A stretch of DNA of 64,000 bases from a virus: IMG/VR virus record IMGVR_UViG_3300028883_000036, positions 43,656-107,655 of that record, one strand, 5' to 3'. Shown here piece by piece: positions 47,109-56,806 of the stretch (position 1 is the first letter of the stretch; each line of letters begins with the position of its first letter). The notes beneath the pieces were generated by a model that saw only the letters and a list, made by a program, of their open reading frames with translations, was not told the origin of the DNA and searched no databases. The translations under genes and the position numbers were made by a program.

Positions 47109-47822
47109 CTAACCCCAAAAATAATCAAAAAAATCTTCTTCATCGACTTTAGCAAGTCTCATAAATGTATCAGCTACATTCATATCAATAACCTTTTTCT
47201 TAACTGAAGATTCACATTTATTCATTTTCTGTTTCATATTTTTTAACCAAAATGACATTTCTCTAAATGCAGTATCTTCATTTGATTCACTTACCATTTC
47301 TAATGCTTCTTTTACAGGACTTTTTTTCTTTTTATCTTTCTTTTTCTTATCACCTTTTTTAGCAACCTTTAATTCATATTCATCACCATCATCTTCATCT
47401 TCTTCAGGTGGTAATTCTTCTTCAGGTGGTGCTTCTTCATCAGTAGGTGGTGGTCCATTTCCTTGCCCATCTAATACATCTCTTACTCTTGATTCTTGTT
47501 TCTCAAATGCAGGTAAAACTTGACCCTTTCTATCAACAGCATTAACAATAGCTCTTAATGCCATTATAAATTCAGAATATTCTTTAGACATATCAGCTAA
47601 AAGTTGATGAGCTTTTTTAACAAACATTGGATTATCTTCAACAGCTATAATTTGATCTTCTAAGCTATCAATAAATTCTTCAATTCTATCATCCAATTCA
47701 TGAAGCTTATTAAGCATTTTTTTATTTTTACCATTTTTTTTAGTATCGTCATTCTTTTTTTTAGTATCATTATTTTTTTTCTTAACTGCTTCATTTAAAA
47801 TTTTTCTAAGATGTTCTCCCAT
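47109..47822 (-). CDS. Acidic/Pro-rich scaffold- or core-like protein
   Basis: MGEHLRKILNE leader; PPPTDEEAPPEEELPPEEDEDD. Confidence 0.55.
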   Translation of the reverse strand: MGEHLRKILNEAVKKKNNDTKKKNDDTKKNGKNKKMLNKLHELDDRIEEFIDSLEDQIIAVEDNPMFVKKAHQLLADMSKEYSEFIMALRAIVNAVDRKGQVLPAFEKQESRVRDVLDGQGNGPPPTDEEAPPEEELPPEEDEDDGDEYELKVAKKGDKKKKDKKKKSPVKEALEMVSESNEDTAFREMSFWLKNMKQKMNKCESSVKKKVIDMNVADTFMRLAKVDEEDFFDYFWG

Positions 47823-47824
47823 TA

Positions 47825-48124
47825 TTATCTCCTTTCCATTTCTTCAGCATCCTTATTAATAGATTCTAAATGCTTTGAAATAGAATCATCCATTTTTTCA
47901 TATGCTATTGATATTGAATCTCTCATCTTTTTATATTTAGGATTTACAACTTTTTTTCCTTGCATCATCAATCCCATAGCTTTCATATAATACTGACTAA
48001 ATTCATTAAATGCATTTCTCAATGAATATACTCCTTCTCTATACATTTGAATTTTCTTATCATCACTTGATTCATAAATTTTATCATCAATTAAATATTT
48101 TTCAATTTTCCTCATATTCATCAC
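47825..48124 (-). CDS. Small protein, leader KIEKYLIDDKIYE
   Basis: Shared leader. Confidence 0.65.
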   Translation of the reverse strand: MMNMRKIEKYLIDDKIYESSDDKKIQMYREGVYSLRNAFNEFSQYYMKAMGLMMQGKKVVNPKYKKMRDSISIAYEKMDDSISKHLESINKDAEEMERR

Positions 48125-48327
48125 ATAATCCCCCCATCAATTAATTTCATTACTTGTTCTCTTATATCTTTATCCAATATAGAAAGAATTTTATCTTTAT
48201 CATTAGATTTTTTAATAATTTCAATTATATCTTCTAAATCTCTACCCATATTTAAAGATAAAGAAATAGCATCTTTTTTTTCTTGTATTGATAAATATCC
48301 ATCAATTTTTTCTAAAAGTAATTTCAT
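48121..48327 (-). CDS. Small protein, leader MKLLLEKIDGYLSIQE
   Basis: First gene after a late promoter. Confidence 0.65.
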   Translation of the reverse strand: MKLLLEKIDGYLSIQEKKDAISLSLNMGRDLEDIIEIIKKSNDKDKILSILDKDIREQVMKLIDGGIM

Positions 48328-48335
48328 ATCACTAA

Positions 48336-48398
48336 TATTTATATTTTTTTATCTAATTGAAATCATATTTTGTATTTTTTTCTATTTTTTTATAAATA
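48336..48398. promoter_or_regulatory. Divergent T4-type late promoters
   Basis: TATAAATA on minus (48336-48343) and on plus (48391-48398) in the divergent intergenic region. Confidence 0.7.
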
Positions 48399-48490
48399 TA
48401 TCTTAGAATAAAAAATCATATTTTAATAAAAAATAGAAAAAAAATTCTATACATATGATATGATTGTAATAAATAAAATAAGGAGAAAAA

Positions 48491-48886
48491 ATGAGCAACG
48501 ATCATGATTTATTAATTGAAGTAAAAACAGCATTTGATACTAAAATGAGTTCTTTATGTTCAACTATAACTGAATTGAAAGCAGATATAAAAGAATTAAA
48601 AAATAAACCATATCCATGTATAGAACAATCAGATAGATGTAACGATAAATTTGAAGAAATAAATAAAAAAATGGATAATAGACCTAAATGGAACCAAATA
48701 GTAACTATACTTCTTATTTTAGTTGGAATAACATCAGGAGTAATAGGATTTAATTTTAATCAAGATATAAATAGAGATGAAAAAATTAATATAGTAACAG
48801 AAAAAGTTATTAAAAATGAACATGCAATAAAGTATTTAAATACCTTTAATGGAATAACTGATACTACTAAAAAAATAAAACAATAA
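48491..48886 (+). CDS. Single-TM coiled-coil membrane protein (holin/lysis accessory)
   Basis: Coiled coil, then IVTILLILVGITSGVIGF; first gene of the lysis module. Confidence 0.55.
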   Translation: MSNDHDLLIEVKTAFDTKMSSLCSTITELKADIKELKNKPYPCIEQSDRCNDKFEEINKKMDNRPKWNQIVTILLILVGITSGVIGFNFNQDINRDEKINIVTEKVIKNEHAIKYLNTFNGITDTTKKIKQ

Positions 48887-48895
48887 TGGCGAATT

Positions 48896-49324
48896 ATGTT
48901 AAAAAAAGTTTATTTGTTTAGAACTACAACCAGTAACCAAGGAACAAAAGGTATATTAGCAACAGATGGATTTGATTGTAAAACATTAGAACTTCCTTGG
49001 AGAAATAATAAAAGAAACATATCATGTATACCTACTGGTGAATATATAGTTAAAATAAGACAATCTCCGAAATTTGGTAGAATATATTGGATTACTGATG
49101 TAAATGGAAGAAGTTGGATACTTATGCATAGTGGAAATGTTGCTGGTGATATATCAAAAGGATTCAGAACTCATGTAAATGGATGTATATTAGTAGGAAA
49201 ACAATTTGGTGAATTATATGGACAACAAGCCATACTAAATTCAAGAATTACTTTAAGAAAATTTATGAATTATATGAAATATGAACCATTCAAATTAAAA
49301 ATAATTGGTGAACATATAATATAA
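48896..49324 (+). CDS. DUF5675-family putative peptidoglycan enzyme (endolysin candidate)
   Basis: T.G.L...CKTLELPWRNN.RNISCIP.GEY, V.GRS.ILMH.GN, GCILVG. Confidence 0.85.
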   Translation: MLKKVYLFRTTTSNQGTKGILATDGFDCKTLELPWRNNKRNISCIPTGEYIVKIRQSPKFGRIYWITDVNGRSWILMHSGNVAGDISKGFRTHVNGCILVGKQFGELYGQQAILNSRITLRKFMNYMKYEPFKLKIIGEHII

Positions 49325-49334
49325 GGAGAATATC

Positions 49335-49988
49335 ATGTTAATAGAAACTATACTTGGCGGTGTGACAGGAATTATAGGTAATGTTGTTGGTGCATTTTTC
49401 AAACATAAACAAGCAAAAATAGAACTTGAAACAAAAAAATTAGAATTCAGTCATGAAGCTAAAATGGTAGAACTTGAAACCAAAGCAATGATTTTAGAAG
49501 CAAAAGCTAATATAAAAATTACTCAAGCACAAGCAGAAGGAGCAATTGAATTAGAAGATGCCAAAGCTTATATAGAATCTCAAAAAGAAGGAAACAAATC
49601 ATTATTTAATAATAAATGGATTGATTCTTTATTAACTGTAGAAAATAAATGGGCAAAAATAATTACTATTCCAGTAGCAAGTATAATAGCTATCCTATTT
49701 GGGTTTGTTGATTTTTTAAGAGGATTGATTAGACCAGCATTAACAATTTATCTATGTGGTATAACTACATGGATTACATGGATGGCATGGAAAATAATGA
49801 ATTTAGAAGGACTAACCATTACTGCATTACAAGCAACAAATATATTTAATGATGTAACAAGCATAGTAACTTATCTTACTATTTCTTGTGTTACTTGGTG
49901 GTTCGGTGATAGAAGAATGTCAAAATCTATAATGGAAATAAAAGGATTTGATGCAAAAAAACTAGATAATGAAATAAATATAAAATAG
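49335..49988 (+). CDS. Holin-like multi-TM protein
   Basis: GLIRPALT, VTWWFGDR motif of 3TM holins. Confidence 0.75.
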   Translation: MLIETILGGVTGIIGNVVGAFFKHKQAKIELETKKLEFSHEAKMVELETKAMILEAKANIKITQAQAEGAIELEDAKAYIESQKEGNKSLFNNKWIDSLLTVENKWAKIITIPVASIIAILFGFVDFLRGLIRPALTIYLCGITTWITWMAWKIMNLEGLTITALQATNIFNDVTSIVTYLTISCVTWWFGDRRMSKSIMEIKGFDAKKLDNEINIK

Positions 49989-49999
49989 AGGAATAAAAT

Positions 50000-50371
50000 A
50001 TGAATTTAATAGATAAATACTTAGGAGAAGGATATTCACAAAATACACCATCAGAAATAATAACAGCTATACAAAGAAAAGGGAAAAAAATAGCAAATGA
50101 TCCCTTTGATATTAATAAAGCATATTTTAATTTAGATGGAACTGTATATAAAGCAGGAGTTGGTAAAGGTGTTGTCAATATGGGAGACATAAAAAGTTTT
50201 ATTAAAAAGGTAAAAACTGGAAAATTAAAAGCTAAATTAGTTGAAGGTAAAACATCATCAACACAAATGCAATGCATGGAATGTGGTCATAAATTCAAAA
50301 AGAAATTAGGAAGAAATACATTTGAAGTGAAATGTCCGAAGTGTAAAGGATATGATACTGAACCAGTATAA
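50000..50371 (+). CDS. Zn-ribbon protein with MNLIDKYLGE leader
   Basis: CMECGHKF...KCPKCKG. Confidence 0.75.
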   Translation: MNLIDKYLGEGYSQNTPSEIITAIQRKGKKIANDPFDINKAYFNLDGTVYKAGVGKGVVNMGDIKSFIKKVKTGKLKAKLVEGKTSSTQMQCMECGHKFKKKLGRNTFEVKCPKCKGYDTEPV

Positions 50372-50384
50372 TAGGAGATTAAAT

Positions 50385-50579
50385 ATGAATAAAATAGAAA
50401 AATACTTAAATGAAGGTAAAAATGATTATATTGTTACTTCTTATGGAACTATAATCAATATAAAAAATGGATATAAATTTGCTGATGAAAATGAATTAAC
50501 TGAAATACAAAAAAAATTCGGTAAAATTGCTAAAGAATGTAAAATAAAAATAGGAAGAATAGATATCACACCAAAATAG
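50385..50579 (+). CDS. Small protein, leader MNKIEKYLNE
   Basis: GGAG RBS before ATG 50385. Confidence 0.7.
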   Translation: MNKIEKYLNEGKNDYIVTSYGTIINIKNGYKFADENELTEIQKKFGKIAKECKIKIGRIDITPK

Positions 50580-50587
50580 GAGAAACA

Positions 50588-50953
50588 ATGAGATATTTCA
50601 GATATTTAACAGAAGAAAATGTTATATCAAAAGCATTAAATCTTCCAGAACCTAAAGTTGGTGGTGATTATCCCCCTGAAAAGGTTAAAAGATATATAAA
50701 AATAATTGAAGATGCTTTAGCAGCAATGGCAAATAAAGAAGAAAGTGAATCTAATGATGCTATTGTATCTGATTTAAGAGATAAAAAAAGTAAATGGAAA
50801 AATGTAAATAAAGAAACAAAACCAACTAAAACTAAATTGGAAGTTCCCCCTGATCAAGAAGAAGAACCACCACCTGAACAGGAAGAACCACCACAAAAAA
50901 AAGAAGAACCAAAAGAAAGTAAAATTGAGAAAATGTTTAGAAAAATGCTCTAA
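50588..50953 (+). CDS. Small protein, leader MRYFRYLTEE, Glu/Pro-rich tail
   Basis: GGAG RBS; leader. Confidence 0.7.
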   Translation: MRYFRYLTEENVISKALNLPEPKVGGDYPPEKVKRYIKIIEDALAAMANKEESESNDAIVSDLRDKKSKWKNVNKETKPTKTKLEVPPDQEEEPPPEQEEPPQKKEEPKESKIEKMFRKML

Positions 50954-53627
50954 CACCACTCATATCACTATCTATAATTGCTTCTTTTCCTATTGGATTA
51001 AGAAGCAATCTTACTTTCTTAACAAAAAATTTATCAATCATTGTTTCTGAATCAAACTGAACAACATCATCAAATTCTTTGGGCCATTCATGAAAAGTAA
51101 TTGTTTCTATATTATATGGATTCTTTTTAATATAGATAACTTTTGCCTTTAGACCTTCATGTATATCCTCATATTTATTTTCTATACCAAGTTCCTTCAA
51201 TAAAAGTCTATAGCTATAAACCCCCTTAACATGCCAAGGAGTACCTTTTTTTGGAATACCGCCACCTAAATATTTCCTTATATTATTGATACCTATATTA
51301 GCTGCTAAATCTTCAGGAGTAAGTTGATTTAACTCTTTCTTATACTTCCTCATAGCTTTCCCAATATCTTCATCATTTTTCTGCTTCATTATCATTTCCA
51401 TAATAGATTTTAATCTTGGTCTAATAGCTTCAGCAGATTCAGACCTTACAATTTCAAGACCAGTTACTTTAATATCGTTCTTAGGAACACCTTCTTTATT
51501 CAATAACCAATAAGCATATTTCTTTTTCTTCACAAATAAAGCTGTTTTAGCAATAATCTCTTGTTTAAAAGCAATCTTAAAATCTTTTACTTGAGAATTA
51601 TAATCTCTTAATTGAGTTTCATTAAATATTCTACTATCAATATATTGCTCCATAAGAGCAGATATTTCTTTAATAAGTTCAATCTTTTCATCATCATCTA
51701 TTTCTTCCCATAATGAACTATTAATATCTTTTATCCATTCACCTAATCCAACAAACAATGAATCGGTATCTATATATTTCACAAAATCTTTTCTTTCAGA
51801 ATTCCCTTCCCAAGTTGCTTGCAAAGAATCAAGTAAATCATTAAAATTCCATTGAAATCCTTGATCATGTTCAAGAAGAAAATTACCATTCAATAAATCA
51901 TTACAAAATGTTTGTCCTGATTTAATAGTATGTCTACCACAAGCTGTAATAGCTTCTGCTATATGAACATTAAAATATCTTGAATAAGGAACAGATAATA
52001 TACCAAAAAAAGCATTCATCATAATTTTCAAAGCAAGTTGTAATGAATCAAGTTCTCTTTCTCTTTCTTTATATTTCTTTTGTTCAAGTCCTTCACATTT
52101 ATTAGCTTTTAAACCATATTCCTTTCTCTTACCTTTTACTTCTTTACGTTTAAAAAATACATTCTTTTCAACCTTGGCAACAACACCTTCTTTATTCGTA
52201 ATAAATATAGAACCACATGGAGATATTGCAAATAATCCTTTTTTTAATGCAATATTAAATTTTCTAAGTGAATTTCCCTCAATAGAAATAAGTTTCCATT
52301 CTCCTTTTACTTCTTTAACAATTTTAAATTCAGGAAATTCCCTATTTCTTGTATAAGATAATATTTCTTCTTCTTGTAATCTTATTATTCTTCCAAAAAA
52401 TGTTTCATTAGACATATTTAAAGCAATAATATGAGATGGATAAGATGAAGTAATATCAATATCTACTACCCATTCATGCATACCCTTTTGAGGTTCTTTA
52501 ACATGAGCAGCAGGAAAAGGTTTTTGTTCCCCACCAGCAAAATGTGGAGCACATAATCTATTTCTTCTATAATAAGAAAGCATTAATCCTTCTATCAATT
52601 GAGTTTGAGCATTATAGTTTCTCATAGGTGATTTACAAAGCAAACTTAATGCTTGAATCATTCGAATATAACCAAGTTTATTTTCTAAATCATTTACTCT
52701 TTCACAATCTATAATATTATAATCAACAAATTCATTCCAATCTTCCTCAACTTGTTCTCTCATTGAATCATATGAATTTTCTAACTTACCAACACCTAAT
52801 TCAGTTTGACATACATATTCAAGAGTATATCTTTCAAGATTTTTACCATACCATTTATATACATTATAATAATCAAGTATAGTAAGTCCTGCTATATCAA
52901 TATTCATTTCATCTGAACTTTTTTGTTTCCATACATTAACAACATTAATAGGAGACATTTTACTATACATTTTCTTTCCTTCTTCTTCTCCCCATAAAAC
53001 ATTTGCTCTATTAATCATATAAGGAAGATCAAATGACCAAATATTATATCCACTTAAAACATCACATGGAAATTTATTTAGATAAGCAAAATATCTTCTT
53101 ATCAAATCTTCTTCACTATCACATGAAATATATTTTGAACTCTTATAATTTCCTGTATATAGTCTTAACCTAAAAGGATCATAACCAAATGTAACATTAT
53201 TACAATTTAATCCATTTCTAATTGTTGCAAGAATTACAGGATCTTTGGGGTTTTTCCAATCAGGAAACCCACGTTCAGGAAGTACTTCAATATCAGTATA
53301 ATATACTTTTAAAGCAGGTACATCCATTTTATCATCTGGAATACCATAATATCTTTCAGCAAGAAATTGAATTTCATTCTTTACATTATTCTCAAAAACA
53401 TTATGATTATTATGTTCTTGTAAAAAATTATAATAATCATAATATGAATTAAAATTTCTTTTACTTACATTTTTTCCAAAAATAGTTTTAGCATCTGCTT
53501 CTTTTTCTGTGGAAGGTAAAAATAGATAAGGTGTCCAAGGTATTACATCATATAAATTTTCTCCATTAATTTGTTCCCATAAATGTATTTCAGATTTTTT
53601 TGTATTATAATAACAATTTTTAAACAT
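50937..53627 (-). CDS. Family B DNA polymerase (gp43-like)
   Basis: ExoI DIE, ExoII GYNIWSFDLPY, ExoIII YNIID; region II DITSSYPS, region III KIMMNAFFG, region I YIDTDS, KKKYA. Confidence 0.97.
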   Translation of the reverse strand: MFKNCYYNTKKSEIHLWEQINGENLYDVIPWTPYLFLPSTEKEADAKTIFGKNVSKRNFNSYYDYYNFLQEHNNHNVFENNVKNEIQFLAERYYGIPDDKMDVPALKVYYTDIEVLPERGFPDWKNPKDPVILATIRNGLNCNNVTFGYDPFRLRLYTGNYKSSKYISCDSEEDLIRRYFAYLNKFPCDVLSGYNIWSFDLPYMINRANVLWGEEEGKKMYSKMSPINVVNVWKQKSSDEMNIDIAGLTILDYYNVYKWYGKNLERYTLEYVCQTELGVGKLENSYDSMREQVEEDWNEFVDYNIIDCERVNDLENKLGYIRMIQALSLLCKSPMRNYNAQTQLIEGLMLSYYRRNRLCAPHFAGGEQKPFPAAHVKEPQKGMHEWVVDIDITSSYPSHIIALNMSNETFFGRIIRLQEEEILSYTRNREFPEFKIVKEVKGEWKLISIEGNSLRKFNIALKKGLFAISPCGSIFITNKEGVVAKVEKNVFFKRKEVKGKRKEYGLKANKCEGLEQKKYKERERELDSLQLALKIMMNAFFGILSVPYSRYFNVHIAEAITACGRHTIKSGQTFCNDLLNGNFLLEHDQGFQWNFNDLLDSLQATWEGNSERKDFVKYIDTDSLFVGLGEWIKDINSSLWEEIDDDEKIELIKEISALMEQYIDSRIFNETQLRDYNSQVKDFKIAFKQEIIAKTALFVKKKKYAYWLLNKEGVPKNDIKVTGLEIVRSESAEAIRPRLKSIMEMIMKQKNDEDIGKAMRKYKKELNQLTPEDLAANIGINNIRKYLGGGIPKKGTPWHVKGVYSYRLLLKELGIENKYEDIHEGLKAKVIYIKKNPYNIETITFHEWPKEFDDVVQFDSETMIDKFFVKKVRLLLNPIGKEAIIDSDMSGVRAFF

Positions 53628-53670
53628 ATTTTATGTCCATCCTATTTAATATATTTTACTCCTTTCTTTT

Positions 53671-53746
53671 TGGTAGGGGGGGTGGGATTCGAACCCACAC
53701 TGGAAGGATTTTAAGTCCTTTGACTCTGCCGTTGGCCTACCCCCCC
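53671..53746 (-). tRNA. tRNA-Leu (anticodon TAA), short variable loop, encoded CCA
   Basis: GGGGGGG..AAGGA-CTTAAAA-TCCTT-CCAGT-GTGGG TTCGAAT CCCAC CCCCCCT ACCA. Confidence 0.92.
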
Positions 53747-53778
53747 ATTATACTTTTCTGATATATAACATTTTTAAT

Positions 53779-53857
53779 TGGTAGGGATAGAAGGATTCGA
53801 ACCTTCAGATTCTTGATTTTGAATCAAGTGCCTATACCAAAATTCGGCTATATCCCC
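53779..53857 (-). tRNA. tRNA-Leu (anticodon CAA), short variable loop, encoded CCA
   Basis: GGGGATA..CTTGA-TTCAAAA-TCAAG-AATCT-GAAGG TTCGAAT CCTTC TATCCCT ACCA. Confidence 0.92.
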
Positions 53858-53860
53858 TTG

Positions 53861-53936
53861 TGGTAGGGATGGGTGGATTCGAACCACCACTGAATAGCTT
53901 CTAAGACTATTGACTCTGCCGTTGGTCTACATCCCC
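53861..53936 (-). tRNA. tRNA-Leu (anticodon TAG), short variable loop, encoded CCA
   Basis: GGGGATG..ATAGT-CTTAGAA-GCTAT-TCAGT-GGTGG TTCGAAT CCACC CATCCCT ACCA. Confidence 0.92.
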
Positions 53937-53939
53937 ATA

Positions 53940-54239
53940 TTACCATTTATCTTCCGTTGAACCATATAAATCATCATTAGAAAATTTATCTTCATTTTCA
54001 TTATCATTATCGTTTTCTATTTCTTCTTTTGTATTTTTAAATTCTTCTTTTACTTTTGAAACTAATTTATCCACTACTGATTTTTTTGATTTATCAACTT
54101 CTTCAATTTCAGGTTTACTATTTTCTATAATATCAATCTTCTTATCATCTACATCATCACCACCGAAAAAAAGATTATACATAACAATACCAAAAAATAT
54201 TATACCAAATGGAAACGGAAACCCATCTTCTTTAGCCAT
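53940..54239 (-). CDS. Small membrane-anchored acidic protein
   Basis: N-terminal TM FPFGIIFFGIVMYNLFFG. Confidence 0.65.
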   Translation of the reverse strand: MAKEDGFPFPFGIIFFGIVMYNLFFGGDDVDDKKIDIIENSKPEIEEVDKSKKSVVDKLVSKVKEEFKNTKEEIENDNDNENEDKFSNDDLYGSTEDKW

Positions 54240-54253
54240 TATTATTCTCCCTT

Positions 54254-54886
54254 CTATATTCTAAAATCATCTTCAGAAAATAACCAATCACTTTTTCTTT
54301 CAAATTTAGTATCTCTAAATAAAACAATATCATTTCTTAAAATTGGTATTCCTTCTCCTGAATTATAAATACAATAAGCAGGATGAATAGTAAATAAAAC
54401 AGGATATTCTATATTACTTCCTTTTAATTTGAAAGAATTAAATTCTCCCCTTTGACCTAAAATACCATAAAAGTTTCCTGTAAATATATATTTAGCATAA
54501 TTTCCCAAACAAAGTATTTTTTCAGGATTTACAACTTTAATATATTTTCTTAAATAATCCTGACAAGTAATTATTTGATCTTCATTCGGTTTTCCATTTC
54601 TTGTTCCTGATACTGGTCTGCATTGAACAGTATTTATAATCAAAAAATCTTTTGATTCAAGTCCTGCATTAGATAATTCTTTCGTTAATATTTCACCAGC
54701 AGCACCAACAAAAGGGGTTTGTCTCCTAACTTCATTCCATCCAGGTGCTTCAGCAATTATAACATATTTAGCATTTGAAGTCCAAAATGGAATTGCAGTA
54801 CCATTCATAGATAAACTACATTTTTTACATGTTTCAACTTGTTTATCTAATAAATGAAGCATTTTTATTTGTTTAGAAGATAACAT
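54254..54886 (-). CDS. Family 4 uracil-DNA glycosylase (4Fe-4S)
   Basis: CKKC.L, AEAPG..E...PFVG.AG, NTVQCRP..N..P, C, LG..A, TIHPAY. Confidence 0.92.
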   Translation of the reverse strand: MLSSKQIKMLHLLDKQVETCKKCSLSMNGTAIPFWTSNAKYVIIAEAPGWNEVRRQTPFVGAAGEILTKELSNAGLESKDFLIINTVQCRPVSGTRNGKPNEDQIITCQDYLRKYIKVVNPEKILCLGNYAKYIFTGNFYGILGQRGEFNSFKLKGSNIEYPVLFTIHPAYCIYNSGEGIPILRNDIVLFRDTKFERKSDWLFSEDDFRI

Positions 54887-56274
54887 TATTCCCTTCTTCT
54901 CCTTCTTCTTGTATTGTTTTCTTCTAAATTTTCATGATCTACTCTCCCCCTTTCATCACCTGAAACAGTAGCTTCATCAATCCATTCATCCAATTCACAA
55001 CTATCATACATTTTTAAGCTTTTTTTGTCAAGATAAAATCTCTCTATATGACCTACCCTTCCCCCAATCCTTGATTTAGTAATTTTATAAAGAATTTCAG
55101 ATTCATATACCATTTGTTCCTCATCTGTTCCCATTATAGCCATAAAATCAGCAGTTGCAGGTATGCCCATTGATTCGGCAATATGATTGAAATCAGTCTC
55201 ATTAAAATTTATAAAAAAACCCTCTCTATTTAACTGACTAACTGATACAAAAGGACATTTAAACTCAAATGATAATGCTCTTATTTCTTCTGACACTCTC
55301 TTTATCGCAGAATACATATTATTATCAACTTTATATGCAGCTTTCATCAAATTAATATAATCCACATATACTATATCAATATTTATGCCTCTCAACATTA
55401 ACTCTCTTAAATATATTCTAAAATCCAGTATTGAAGCATTACCTGTTGGATATTGTTTTATAAATAATTCCCCTCTATTTTCAGTATCTTTAACAGCAGA
55501 TAATCTATTCATAAGATTTCTTTTATAATTTCTTGATAGATACATTCTATTAACATCAAGACCAGAATAAATACCATCAAATCTTTGAGCAAAAGCATCT
55601 TGAGACATTTCTAATGTAAGAATTACTACATTATGACCATTTTTAACTTGTCTTGCAGCAAAATTAGCCATTGTGTTTGATTTACCACCATGAATTTTTG
55701 CTGTTAAAACATTAAATGTAAGGGGTGGGAATCCACCATTGATAAGTTCATCAAATACTGGAAAATATGTTGGTATTCTATTTTCAGTTGTTGTAAATAT
55801 CCTTCTAAGTCTTACTCCTAAATCTTCAAAATATTTTAATCCAAGATCAACTTTAATATCTTTAATTAATGCTTCTTCAATTCTTTTTTGTATTATATTT
55901 CTTCTTTCAGGATCTTCAACATCATCAACAGATTCTATAATAGCAAGTTTAAGAGCTTTTTCTTTTAAATAATCATTAGACTGATTAAGTAAAAACTCAT
56001 AACTATCTGTTACGTTAAAATCTGTTTGTTCTGATTGATCTATTATTCTTCTTATATCATCAGGATTTTCAGAAGAATTTATAATAGCATCTCTAGATGG
56101 TATCGTTTTATATTCTTCTGCATAATCTCTACAAAATCTAAAAGCATGACTTATATTAGGATCATCAAAATATTCTGGTTTAAACACACTTGAAGTTAAA
56201 ATAAGAAAATCTTTATCAGATAATATACCCTTCAGAATAATTTTTTCAATAAAATCTGAATTTAATCTTTCCAT
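54886..56274 (-). CDS. Replicative helicase gp41/DnaB-like
   Basis: Walker A AKIHGGKS, TLEMS, IKQYPT, VDYINLM, SQLNREG, AES.G.PATAD, KSR.G. Confidence 0.95.
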   Translation of the reverse strand: MERLNSDFIEKIILKGILSDKDFLILTSSVFKPEYFDDPNISHAFRFCRDYAEEYKTIPSRDAIINSSENPDDIRRIIDQSEQTDFNVTDSYEFLLNQSNDYLKEKALKLAIIESVDDVEDPERRNIIQKRIEEALIKDIKVDLGLKYFEDLGVRLRRIFTTTENRIPTYFPVFDELINGGFPPLTFNVLTAKIHGGKSNTMANFAARQVKNGHNVVILTLEMSQDAFAQRFDGIYSGLDVNRMYLSRNYKRNLMNRLSAVKDTENRGELFIKQYPTGNASILDFRIYLRELMLRGINIDIVYVDYINLMKAAYKVDNNMYSAIKRVSEEIRALSFEFKCPFVSVSQLNREGFFINFNETDFNHIAESMGIPATADFMAIMGTDEEQMVYESEILYKITKSRIGGRVGHIERFYLDKKSLKMYDSCELDEWIDEATVSGDERGRVDHENLEENNTRRRRRRE

Positions 56275-56282
56275 AGAAAATC

Positions 56283-56311
56283 ACTATACACCATTTTAAT
56301 AAAAATGTTAA
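56283..56311 (-). promoter_or_regulatory. Sigma70-like promoter for the helicase-UDG-tRNA-polymerase unit
   Basis: TTAACA-N17-TATAGT, same -35 variant as at gp55. Confidence 0.55.
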
Positions 56312-56353
56312 CATTTTTATTTTTTTATGTTATTATTTTTTTATGTTATATCA

Positions 56354-56365
56354 TATTTATAAATA
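56354..56365. promoter_or_regulatory. Palindromic TATTTATAAATA (late promoter on both strands)
   Basis: TATAAATA on plus at 56358-56365, 18 nt before uvsY; on minus at 56354-56361. Confidence 0.5.
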
Positions 56366-56383
56366 TAATAAGGAGAAATATAT

Positions 56384-56806
56384 ATGAATGAACATGAAGA
56401 ATTAAAACAAATATTTGATCAACTTAAAGAAGAACATAAAATAGAAGAATTAGCTACATTTTCTGATCTTGATATAGGGGAAAAACTACAAAAGAACGAA
56501 ATGATGGTTATAAAATACAAAGAAATGTACTATAATGAACTCAATAAATATGAAATTCTTGAAAGAAAAATGGATGCTTTAAAAGGAATAAGATACAAAT
56601 ATTATAAATTTGATGATGAAAATGAGTTTAATAAAAAAGAAATAGAAGATTATTGTCTTCCTTCTGATCCTCAAATTATTCAAATAAAAAAGATAATGTT
56701 AAAACAACAAATTAAAGTAAGATTCTTTGATATGTGTTGGAAAGCATTTAATTCAATGGGATGGTCAATGAAAACATTTTCAGATAGGGAAAAACATGGA
56801 TTATAA
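56384..56806 (+). CDS. uvsY: UvsY-like recombination mediator
   Basis: About 140-aa helical protein, KY..Y..E, RYKYY, D..I, F..MGWSMK; adjacent to uvsW. Confidence 0.75.
   Translation: MNEHEELKQIFDQLKEEHKIEELATFSDLDIGEKLQKNEMMVIKYKEMYYNELNKYEILERKMDALKGIRYKYYKFDDENEFNKKEIEDYCLPSDPQIIQIKKIMLKQQIKVRFFDMCWKAFNSMGWSMKTFSDREKHGL

Noticed and set aside
53671-53936. tRNAs with TAG/TAA anticodons as amber/ochre suppressors
   Set aside because: Anticodons TAG and TAA read CUA and UUA (Leu); suppressors would have CTA or TTA. None has TCA, so there is no tRNA-Sec in this window.
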